From Ginglymostoma cirratum (lineage: Eukaryota), in assembly GCA_024137785.1 (NCBI GenBank), contig JAHRHZ010000035.1, positions 22,431,348-22,495,347 on the forward strand: a DNA stretch of 64,000 nt, in the 5' to 3' direction. A model generated the notes under the pieces. The model worked only from the letters and a program-made list of their open reading frames with translations, was not told where the DNA came from and did no database searches. This document shows positions 52,766 to 63,514 of this stretch, one piece after another. Within the stretch, counting starts at the first letter, position 1; each line of letters opens with the position of its first letter. Both the position numbers and the translations under genes were made by a program.

Positions 52766-55550
52766 TCCAGTAATGATTCTGAAGGGCTAGTGTTGGACTG
52801 GGGTGGACGAAGTCAGAAGTCACATGACACCAGGTTACAGTCCAACAGGTTTATTTGAAATCACCAGCTTTCAAAGAGCAGCCCCTTCGACAGATGCAGA
52901 GAGCGAGAAGAGCACAAAGACACAGGGAAATCAATTAACTTGTCTGATCACATCCTTCAACCAGTTCTCAGCCGAGGGCTCAATTTCTGCCCCACTACCA
53001 AAATGGACCCCATTGGTCTTGTGGCAGACACAGAGGAATTCATCAGGTGATTGGAGCTCCAGGAGTTCTTCCACAAACCCCAAGATGTCAGCAGTGAACC
53101 CAATGAGACAACCAAAGAACTGGAACAATTGACAGAGAGATCCGTGGTGCAGTGACCAAAGAGGAAATAGAACTGGAGCCCTTCGGAGGGCCACTGCCCT
53201 AACATCAACATGTATGCTCAAGCCGTCAGATGATACGTTTATGCCAGGTTCATCAGCCACGCTCGCAAGATAGCACGGAACGTCACTCAAAGACAACGCA
53301 ACGCCATCCATGTTCTCAAGACCAATCACAACACTTTCATCAAACGAGCAGACAAAAGAGTTATCATCGTCATACAGAATAGAACGGACTACTGCAAAGT
53401 ATGCTGACAACCGAACAACCAGGAACACTACGGACAACTACCTGCCGATCTAACCAAAGAACACAACTGTCAATTCAACAGACTGATCAAGACTTTTGAT
53501 CCAAACCTTCAGAGTATCCTGTACACATCCCATGTATTTCTCACCTCGGAGACTTCTACTGCCTTCCAAAGATACACAAAAGCCAGCACGCCTGGACGTC
53601 CCATGTATCATGCAATGGGACCCTGTGTAAGTACCTCTCTGAGTATGTCAAGGGCATCTTGAAACCTGCTATACAAGGAACCCCCAGCTTTTGTCACACC
53701 ACTACAGATTTCTCACAGACCACTCAAACCAGGAACATTCCTCATCACAATGGATGTTTCGGCACTCAACACAAGCATCCCCCACAACGACGGCATCGCT
53801 GCAACAACCTCAGTACTCAATATTAACAGCTGCCAATTTCCAGACACCATCCTACAACTTATCTGCTTCATCTTCGATCACAATGTCTTCACTTCGACAA
53901 CTAGTTCTTCATCCAGACACACGGATCAGCCATGGGGACCAAATCTGCACCCCAATATGCCAACATTTTCATACCCAAGTTCGAGCAAGACTTCTTTGCT
54001 GCACAGGACTTCCGACCAATGCCATACACTAGATACATTGATGGCATTTTCTTCCTTTGGACTCATGGCAAGGAATCACTGAAACAACGACATACCAATA
54101 TCAACAAGTTTCATCCCACCAAACTTACCATGGACTTTTCTTCAGAATCAATCTCATTCTTGGACACACACATCTCCATCAAGGACGGACACCTCAGTAC
54201 CTCACTCTACCGCAAGCCCACGGATAACCTTACAATGCTGCACTTCTCTAGTTTCCACCCTAAACATGTTAAAGAAGCCACCCCCTACGACAAACCCTGC
54301 ACACACACAGGATCTGCTCAGACAATGAGGAACATGACGGACACCTAAAGGTTTTGAAGCAGCCCTCGTAAGAACACTAAGATTCTCAACTACTCAATCG
54401 CCAGTTCCAACGTTCCACAGCGAGAAACCGCAACAACCTCCTCAGAAGACAGACACAGAATACGACCGATACAGTACCCTTCGTCGTCCAGTACTTCCCC
54501 AGAGTGGAGAAACTACACCATATTCTTCGTAGGCTTCAACATGTCTTGGATGACAATGATCCAACTCACCAAGATCCTCCCCATGCCTCCATTTATCGCC
54601 TTCAAACAACTGCCAAACCTTAAACAGATCACTGTTCACAGCAAATTCCCCAAACAACATTGACCACAACATCATGGCAGCCCCTGCAAGACATGTCAGA
54701 TCATCAGCATGGATACTACCATCACATGTGGGAACACAACCCACCAGATACTCATGTGACTTGGTTGATGTTGTCCATCTCATAAGCTACAGGCAAGGAT
54801 GCCCCGAGGCATGGTATATCGGCAAGATAATGCAGACACTTTGCCAAAGACTGAATGGACACCATGCAATAATCACAGGCAGGAAAGTCCCCTCGCAGTT
54901 GGGGAACACTTCAGTGGTTATTGGCATTCAGCCTCTGACCTCCAGGTAAGCGACCTCCAAGGCAGACTTTGAGATACACAATGACACAGAATTGCTGAGC
55001 AGAGACTGATAGCCAAGTTCTGTACCCATGAAGACGGCCTCAACGGTGATTTCTGAGTTCATGTCACACTACATGATACCACCACACTATCTGTAAAATC
55101 TTCCTTACTGTTCTGTTTTGACACCATCACCTTGATAAATTGTTGTGATCTCTCTACCTTAGTTTGTACAGTTTTGAATTATTTATTACTTTGGTTAGAC
55201 CTGCAGCATGCTACTCTTATACCTGTTATGTTATTCCAGGTATTTAGTTTGTCTCCAGCACCACCTTATTTTTAATTTTGTAATTATCTGTCTGCCTCAT
55301 TTAATCAGGTTATAGGTCATCTCTTCACTGGTTATTCAGCTGTTGACACTTTACTCAGTCTAGCACTCTTGGTCACCTGCAGAGACTTATTATCTGACAC
55401 TCTACTCACACCATGTTGTACGATCTTTTGATCTCTTAGCCTATAAATTCTGTGGCTGTGTGCTCTGCTGTCTCGTTGCACCTGAAGAAGGGGCTGCGCT
55501 CCGAAAGCTTGTAAACTCAAATAAACCTGTAGGACTATAACCTGGTGTTG
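52766..55550 (+). mobile_element. Penelope-like retroelement (RT + GIY-YIG endonuclease) with inverted terminal copy, frameshifted
   Basis: RT fragments MDVSALNTSIPHNDG, MGTKSAPQYANIF, RYIDGIFFLW, ISFLDTHI, LYRKPTD. GIY-YIG-like VVHLISYRQGCPEAWYIGK...QRLNGH. 52825-52930 is the reverse complement of 55445-55548. Confidence 0.9.
55476..55514 (+). ncRNA. Hammerhead ribozyme core in Penelope terminal repeat
   Basis: cac-CUGAAGA-A-GGGGC[UGC]GCUCC-GAAA-GCUU-gu. Helix II 5 bp, palindromic AAGCUU. Confidence 0.75.
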
Positions 55551-56792
55551 AGAGTCTTCAGAAAGGCATTTGACAAGGTTCCTCATAGTAGACTGGTTCA
55601 TAAGGTTAGATCACATGGAATATAGGGAGAACTAGCCACTTGGATACAGAACCAACTTGAAGGTAGAAGACAGAGGGTGGTGCTGGAGGTTGCTTTTCAG
55701 ATTGGAGGCCTGTGATCAGCAGTGTGCCACAAGATTTGGTGCTGGTTCCACTGCTTTTTGTTATTTATATAACTAATTTGGATGTGAACATAGGAGAGTG
55801 GTTAGTAAGTTTGCAGGTGACACCAAAATTAGAAGTGTAGTGGACAGCGAAGCAGGATACTTCAGAGTACAACAGGATCTTGATCAGATGGGGCAGTGGG
55901 CCAAGGAGTGGCAGATGGCGTTTAATTTAGATAAATTGCAAGGTGCTGCATTTTGAAAAGGCAAATCAGGGCAAGATCTATACACTTAATGGTAAAGTCC
56001 TGGGGAGTGCTGCTGAACAAGGAGACCTTGGAGCGCAGGTTCATATATTATTCCTTGAAAGTGAAGTTCCAGGTAGATAGGATAGTGAAGAAGGCATTTG
56101 GTTTGCTTGCCTTTATTGGTCAGTGCGTTGAGTATAGGAGTTGGGAGGTCTTGTTGTGGCTGTAGAGGGCACTGGTTAAGCCACTATTGGAATACTGCAT
56201 GGTCTCCCTGCTATAGGAAGAACGTTGAGAAACTTGAAATGGTTCAAAACAGATTACAAGGATGTTGCCAGGATTGGAGGGTTTTGAGTCATAGGGAAAG
56301 ACTGAATAGGCTGATATTATTTCCCCTGGAGCGGAGGGTGAGGGGTGACCTTTTAGAGGTTTATAAAATCATGAGGCACATGGATAGGGTGACTGGACAA
56401 GGTCTTTTCCCCAGGGTCGGGGGAGTACAAAACTAGTAGCCATAGGTTTAAAGTGAAGGGGAAAGATTTAGAAGTGACCTAAGGGGTGATGCTTTTATGC
56501 AGAGAATGTTGCGTGTATGGAATGAGCTGCAGAGAAAGTGGCGGAGGCTGGTATAATTATAATAATTTAAAAGACATCTGGATGCATATATGAATTAGGG
56601 GGATATGCTGGCAAATGGGACTAGATTTATTACGGTCGGCATGGACGAGTTGGGCTGAGTGTACAGCTCTATGACTCTAACTGTAACTGTTGATTCATCC
56701 TGATGAAATCACAATCTATCCACAAAGCCCCTTTAAAGATCTCAATTTTAGACATATAAAATATATTGAATTATAGAAATCACCATACATAC

Positions 56793-56924
56793 AATATCTT
56801 CTCCAGAGTCAGCTCCAATTGAAGTAATGGAGTCTCTGCTGACTGATCTTGGAATCCGTCCCGTACCAGGACGTGAGGTGTTGCCTGCCTCTTCAGCAAT
56901 CTTCTTTTTCAGTTTTGCAAACAT
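56793..56924 (-). CDS. GOLGA1: GOLGA1 coding exon 1 (start codon); the exon extends 5' as UTR to an acceptor at 57116
   Basis: [49 protein letters not shown]|gtatgt. Upstream acceptor ttttattgacag|. Confidence 0.95.
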
Positions 56925-58051
56925 GGTTCTTCAGCTATATTTTTCAGAGGTGTTCCGAACCACCAAACTGTTTAAGTTTATCCAAAGTCTCAAAGATGAG
57001 TTTGGAAGAAAGAGAGTGGATGTGCTTTAGAAAACAACGTACTCCGTTTGGCTCCTAGCTGCTCCTTAACAAGGCTCACTTTTCATGTCTACTGCAAAAA
57101 CCATCCATCGCATCACCTGTCAATAAAACAAAGTACATTAGATCAAGAAAATAACATTTCTACTGGTTCTCAACAGCAACCATAATATGACAGAAATGAT
57201 GTTGAAAAAACAGTTTGTTTCATTATTCTATACAGCTTGGGTTTCATAACTATGAAGTCAACTGCAATTCTCCTGTAAACCCACATTCCTTTGTTTCCTA
57301 CCCCAAATTCTACTTTAGACGACCTGGAAGCCGACAATGCAAATATGTAACCACTAAGAAAGGGAAATGGGAAGAAAATTAAGTAAACATTTCAAAATTG
57401 TTCCATCCGACCCAAGTTCAAGCACAAAAGCAGGCATCGGGTATTTGCACGCGAGCTCAGTGCCAACACTATGAGAAAAGAGTATTTTGCATTGCACTTA
57501 CATCGGACCAAACTGCAGAAGAGATTAATTTAAGTTTAATGACACGATACCAGTTTTTGTGCTACTTCTTTGATGCCGGGATTGTCACATTCTATTTCCC
57601 CAAGGACTGTTGGTAAATCCCATTCGCCAAGAATTCTGACAACACTATGTTTTGCCTGTGAACAAGATTATTCAATGTGCTCTTTCATTTGCCTTCCCTT
57701 AAGAGTACAGCATTTTGTTTCTGCTACTTTTGTCATAAGTTATGTCACCTACTCTTTGGGATTCAAAACTACTTCTAACCAACTAATCACAGCATCATTC
57801 AAAATTTCTTTACTGAAAGAAAATATGACTCAAAAGGAATCAAACAAATGGATTGGAGCCAGTTTAGGTGAGTAAATTCCAAATAGATTAGTCAGACTTT
57901 ATAAATTTCTCATAATTCAGGAACAGCATCCTTGGGTGATCCATTATTTAAGGCATAGGAGGGAAAACCGAGGTAGCAACAGACCTGTTAGTTTAACATC
58001 ATTTATGGGAAATTTACTGGGATAAATCATGAAACAGAAAGAATGAATCTT

Positions 58052-58218
58052 TGAAACAAAACAGAAATTGCTGGAAAAGCTCGGCGGGTCTGGCAGCACC
58101 TGTGAAGAAAAAAAATCAGAGTTAACGTTTCAGGGTCCCACGACCTTTCCTCAGAACGGATCTTCACAGATGCTAACAGACCTGCTGTGCTTTACCAGCA
58201 ACTTCTGTTTTTGTTTTA
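58052..58218. mobile_element. Fold-back short repeat with hammerhead core in the loop
   Basis: Arms aaacaaaacagaaattgctgg...ctgtgaaga and tcttcacagatgc...ccagcaacttctgtttttgttt. Reverse strand CTGAGGA-AAGGTCGTGGGACCCT-GAAA-CGTT at 58121-58154. Confidence 0.75.
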
Positions 58219-58219
58219 G

Positions 58220-58990
58220 AACAGCCGCTGACGGCTCCTTGAGTGACAGTTTATGGGACCAGTCGGAAAGCGCGTCCATCCCTGCCGCGGGCCAGAACAA
58301 CCAACCCACAATCAGCAACTGGTCAATAAGACGGGCTCGGCGGCAGGTTTTAGTTCACGAAAGGAGGACGAGCGGCCTAGCGTCCGCCGATACAGCCAAC
58401 TTGGGTCATCACTCATGGGTCACTAAGCAATCAACTACCCACTCAAAGCTTCTGCTCGGCCGGAACTATCATAGATAGCTAGGCCACTTCTGAAAAGTTC
58501 GACACGAAATGGCCGATATAGTAGCAACCATAAACTCCGGAGAGCGAGGACACCCGAGCAGCCACTCAGTCTCAGTATATACAGGCACTTTCTCATGGCG
58601 ACCAGGTACCTGAGTGTGCGTTAGCAGCAAAGCTCTATACACTACCGCTCCATCCTGCTGTCGGCCTTTCTCACCTCCGCTCAGCTGACGTGGCCGCAAC
58701 GTCATCAAGTTCCCAGCAGGTTTCCTTCAGACCAATCAGATTGAACGTTAGATCGGGGACTAGTGCAATTCTACCCGTTCGCTGATGTAATGGGACTGCT
58801 GATTGGACCGTGGCCATGTCCACCAAAACAAACGGTGGGGGAGGCGCCGACGACGCCAACAACTGTATGGACCTGGTCAAGAGTGAAGTAGGGAGACCGT
58901 GCTGTTCCAAGAGTCTCGGAGGACTCGAGTCCAACATCAATGGGCCTCAGATTTCCCGTCAACACAGGGTGTCAATTCCCCAGACGTTAA
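58220..58990 (-). promoter_or_regulatory. GOLGA1: CpG-rich GOLGA1 promoter and probable non-coding exon 1
   Basis: High CpG density. Minus-strand donor gag|gtgaga at 58675/58674, TGACGTGGC 58686-58694, CCAAT boxes at 58732-58736 and 58802-58806 (ATTGG). Confidence 0.7.
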
Positions 58991-59391
58991 ATCTTCTTGT
59001 CACTGCTGCAAGGAACCCGAGTGAAAAATCACTAGGAAATTTTTTTTAACAAACTCACACACCACACATGAAATAGGAAACTGAAATTGCACGCGAGATA
59101 AGACAAGGAAGTGAGGCTGCTACCCCATTCAGTGTGATTCTGGGACATGTGGATTTGATGGGCTGAATAGCCTGCTTCCACACTGATTCTCCTCTGCAAG
59201 ATGGGACCATGACATAGAGTTGTTGTAATATTGTCCTCTTAATTAAGGGGTATAGGCCATAGGGTATGATCAGCTACGATCTCATTAAAATAGCAGAACA
59301 GGCTCGAGGGACTAGGTGGGCTCATTCCTGTTCCTAATTCAATCACAAGCTGCCAGCATAACTGAATCAAGGCAGTTGATAGTCTAATAGT

Positions 59392-59539
59392 ACCGATGTC
59401 CACAAGGTCTGATGAAGAGTCATCTAGACTGGAAACGTTAGGATTGCTTTCTCTCCATGGTTGCTGCCTGAACCCCTGTGATCTCCAGCACTTTTTTGTT
59501 TTTAGTACAGATTCCAGCAATTGCTGTAATTTGCTCCTA
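59392..59539 (+). mobile_element. Short hammerhead-bearing repeat with TSD
   Basis: TSD gatagtctaa(t/c)agt at 59378-59391 and 59540-59553. CTGATGA-AGAGTC-ATCTA-GACTG-GAAA-CGTT at 59409-59439. Confidence 0.8.
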
Positions 59540-60444
59540 GATAGTCTAACAGTTGTTTGTTTAAAGTCTTTTAACAGACCCTTTTTGTGTTTCCAGCTGG
59601 TTAGAATTATAGAAGTCAGAATTTGAAGTAAGCAGTTTTGCCGCTATTTGTATGCTACTGGCCACCAAATACTGGAAAGAGAAAATTTGGAAATTACTGA
59701 AATACCATAATAGTAGTGAGGAATTGCATTAATAACAATATAAAGGACAGAGAAGCTAGTTTAGGAATTTCCAAAATAGCTTCAAGATATCTATCAATGT
59801 GTGTCCAATGCAACAGGGAAGGAAGCACTGCTGGAACAATTTCTAGGGAATGAAGTTGGATAAGTGGAGCATGTTTCAATGATATAGCATTTGGAGATGT
59901 TGAAGGGTTATTGAAGGATAAATGTCCTACCTGAATGAAAATGTAAGTAGGAACTAATTGAAATTAAGATTGAAGTCCAAAAGTGAGATGGAGGAACATG
60001 GTTATGATGTAGATGGCCAGATATAAAAGAAATATTGCAGATTGAATTGTAGCAACATGACATTAAATTATTCCAACAAGTCATTAGTTTTCTGAAATTA
60101 TCAGCATTGGGGAAAATCATGAATGTAATATGTAGTAGAAAGTCAGTTAAGTGTCTAAGGTGCTGTCTTGCACTGAAAGCTAACAGAGCAATCAAGTGAC
60201 TTATCCAGGTAATTACATCTTAAAAAGATATTTTCTGCTATCAGAAAGGACCTGGAATAAGACTGAGAAAGAGATATTTACTCAGTGCAGTACACTGTAA
60301 GATCCAATCAAATTTACAAGTGAAGTTCAAAGTTAAACTGTGGTAGCTTATGTCCGCAGTTGATATTTAGTAATTGAATAGAAAGATTATCTTGTGCACA
60401 TTTTCATGGGTAAAAATAGAAAACCACTATGCGAGAGTATCATG

Positions 60445-60641
60445 ATATACAAACAGAAGGCTGGAAGAACACAGCAGCCAGACAGCATCTGGAGGAAAGG
60501 AGTTGACTTGAAGGATGGTAATACCCGAAAGGTTGACTGCTCCTTTCCTCCAGATGCTGCCTGGCCTGCTGTGTTCTTCCAGCCTCTTGTTTGTCTAACT
60601 TGGATAGCAGCATCTGCAGTTTTTTTTGTCTCCAATGAGTA
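60445..60641. mobile_element. Fold-back short repeat with degenerate hammerhead
   Basis: aggctggaagaacacagcag...catctggaggaaaggag versus ctcctttcctccagatgctg...ctgctgtgttcttccagcct. Flanking agtatcatg repeats at 60436-60444 and 60642-60650. Confidence 0.75.
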
Positions 60642-61299
60642 AGTATCATGCCTTCTTCATCAGTGAATTAAAAATATGACTTCTACTTGAACTGCTGGGA
60701 AAACAGAGTTAATATTGTATAAATCAGCCTAACTGATGACAATGCTACATTCCACTACACTAGTTTTAAAGCTCTTTGAACATGTTAAGGAAAGTAGGGG
60801 TTGGAATTTCCTCATCCTTCAGTGATGTGGGCAATGGCATGAAATCTGGTAAAATACAGCAAGAATAAAAACATCTGATTTTTCCCTTACAATTTCAACA
60901 GCAATTTTGAATATCAAAAACAGCACCAACTACCTTAATAATGAGTTACAAATTCATGGAATTAACTAATTTCACTTCATTCATATGCAGTTTTTAAAGG
61001 GTTGGGAGAAGTCAGGCCACTGAGGGAGCACATTCTGGGAGTTCAGCTTGGTTTGAAAGGAAAATGCAAGTGACATCATAGGAAAGTCACCAGTTTAGCA
61101 GCTGCTGTGGGTATTGTATTTCAACTCCAATAATTTTGAAAAACATGAATTTATAAACTAGCACAGTAAAGAAAACATTTCTAGGCACACAAGACACAAC
61201 TGACTTGACAGTAAGTTACAAGAATTTCTACTTCATACTTTTTCTTGTACAGTCACTATAAACTTGACAAGATTCAAGTAAGTGAAGTAAAAGTTTAAG

Positions 61300-62340
61300 A
61301 TAAAGGAATAGCAGGACAATTCAGTTAAGCAGAATGCCTGTCTCCTGGCAAGTGGGAAGTCATAGACTCTTCTCATGACTCAAACGAGCCGATGTGCAAG
61401 AACTATCACTGGCTGCACAAGCTTGAGCCTCAGATTCTTGAGCTCAAGAAGTGGCAGGGACCACTGAGGTGCATCAGTGATATAGACAACTAGGTGGACG
61501 GCCAGTTCAGAGAGATGGTCACACTGCAAGTTAGGGGCAAGCAGACAGCTAATGGGTGACTCCCAAGAGAAACAGATAGGTAATGTAGGAGTCCCTAGAA
61601 GGTTCTGCTCACTAACCAATTTTCAATTCTGGATATTGGTGAGGGCAATGGATACTTGGAGGAGTGCTCAAAAGGCCAAGCTGCAACACCACAGATGGTT
61701 CCAGCTGTACAGTAGTGGAGGAAGAAGAGCAGAAAGGCAGTTCTGATTAGAGAATTTCTAGTTAGGATAACAGGTAGGTTTCTATGTGGCTGTCATTTGT
61801 CACACAGCTGCATGACATTCTGCTGGAGAAGGGCAAACAGGCAGAGGTTGTGCTCGACACTGGTACTAATAACTAGGTAAGCAGGAAGATATTCACTCAT
61901 AGGATATGGGCATCACAGGCTGGGCCAGCATTTATTGCCCATCCATGTGGTCCAGCAATCCATATTTAGGGTTCTAGGTAGAAAATTTGCAAGCAGCATT
62001 CTTGAAGTAGTAATCTACAGATTACTCCCACTGCAATGTACCAAGTGACTATAGAAATAGGAAGAGAAGAGATATGAATGTGTGGCCAGAACTATGGCGT
62101 TGGAAGGATGGCTTTAGATTCCTGGGACACTGGAACAGGCTCTGGAGAAAGTACACCTGCACAAACCAGATGGGTTGCACCTCAACAGAATCAGAGTTCC
62201 TTGCAGGACATTTTGCAAGTGCTGTTGAAGAACTTTTAAACTAATTCAGTACAGATGTGGGAACGGGCAGAGAATGTTAAAAAGTAATCCAAGGGTGCAC
62301 AAAATGCTGGTGGGCAGGTAATACTAGAATGGTAAATTAA
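61300..62340 (+). mobile_element. Decayed CR1-type LINE ORF1 region
   Basis: Zinc-finger-like and esterase-like CR1 ORF1 text (gcctgtctcctggcaagtgggaag; gatgggttgcacctcaacagaa), frameshifted. Confidence 0.55.
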
Positions 62341-62397
62341 TAAAATCATAGAATTTTTAGTACAGAAGGACTTCAACTCGTTGTGTCTGTACTGGCT

Positions 62398-63055
62398 CAT
62401 AAGACCATAAGACATAGCAGCAGAAATTAGGCCATTCGGCCCATCAAGTCTGCTCTGCCATTCAATCATGGTTGATAAGTTCCTCACCCCATTCTCCTGC
62501 TTTCTCCCCATAACCCTTGATCCCCTTGATAATCAAGAACCTATCTATCTCAGTGTTAAATGTACTCAATGACCTGGCCTCCACAGCCTTCTGTGGCAGT
62601 GAATTCCATTGATTCACCACTCTCTGGCTGAAGAAGTTTCTCCTTATCTCCGTTCTATTCCCTTTACTCTAAGGCTGTGCCCTCGGGTCCTAGTCTCTCC
62701 TACCAATTGAAGCATCTTCCCAACATCCTGGCCATTCAGTATTCTGTAAGTTTCATTTAGATCCCCCCCTCATCCTTCTAAACTCCAATGAGTATAGTCC
62801 CAGAGTCCTCAAACGTTCCTCATATGTTAAGCTTTTCATTCCTGGTACCATTCTCGTGAACCTCCACTGAACCCGCTCCAGGGCCAGTACATCCCTCCTG
62901 AGATATGGGGCCCAAAACTGCACACAATACTCCAAATGTGGCCTGACCAAGGCCTTATAAAGCCTCAGTAGTACATCCCTGCTTTTATAATTCAAGTCCT
63001 CTCAAAATAAATGCCAACATTGCATTTGCCTTCCTGACCACTGACTCAACCTGCT
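62398..63055 (-). mobile_element. Young CR1-type LINE 3' fragment
   Basis: ORF 62753-62995 LYKALVRPHLEYCVQFWAPYLRRDVLALERVQWRFTRMVPG; tail cataagaccataagacatag. Confidence 0.92.
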
Positions 63056-63514
63056 CCTGAAAGAGCTCCTCAGCATGTTCCATTCTCTAGTCCTATCCCT
63101 GTAGACCTCTAATTCACCACTTTCAATGACATATCCACCTCATTTGAAACTTAAACAACCTTCTCCATCACTCTCCCAGGCAACACATTCCAAATGCTAA
63201 CAATTCTCTGAGTAAAGAAATTTCTCTTCATCTCACTTCGAGCTCTCTTGCTATAGTCTTGAAATTGTGAGCCCTAGTTACAGGCATACAAATAGTGGAA
63301 ACGGAATATTGTTCTTTTACTATCAAAATTGTTTATAATTTTGAACACCGCAATAAGGTTACCTCTTAATCTTCTCTGTTCTAAGGAAAATTAGGCCAAT
63401 TTCTCTCATTTTTCTTATATCTAAAATCACTCATTCTTTGGATCTTTCTAGTAAATAGTAATTCTAATTGTTGAAGTTAGAATAAGGGAAAAAGGAATGA
63501 TGCCTAAAATCAAG

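Larger units (their letters stand above)
52370..56680 (+). mobile_element. CR1-type LINE split by a Penelope-like insertion
   Basis: RT text breaks at gcagtagacgagatttatacagg (about 52765) and resumes at gtcttcagaaaggcatttgacaaggttcctcat (about 55553, F.KAFDKVPH). Continues to the tail ctctatgactcta. Confidence 0.88.
14102..56924 (-). other. GOLGA1: Golgin-97 gene, coding span: 21 coding exons, 2331 nt, about 776 aa
   Basis: All exons join in consistent phase with GT-AG boundaries. N-terminal [12 protein letters not shown] motif, long coiled coil, and C-terminal GRIP domain ([15 protein letters not shown]...EYKMSWF). Confidence 0.96.

Noticed and set aside
52931-53437. 168-aa minus-strand ORF
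   Set aside because: Antisense shadow of the Penelope ORF.
58068-59049. ORFs across the GOLGA1 CpG island suggesting a divergent gene
   Set aside because: Typical GC-rich spurious ORFs, partly repeat-derived, with no downstream exons recognisable in 59-64 kb.
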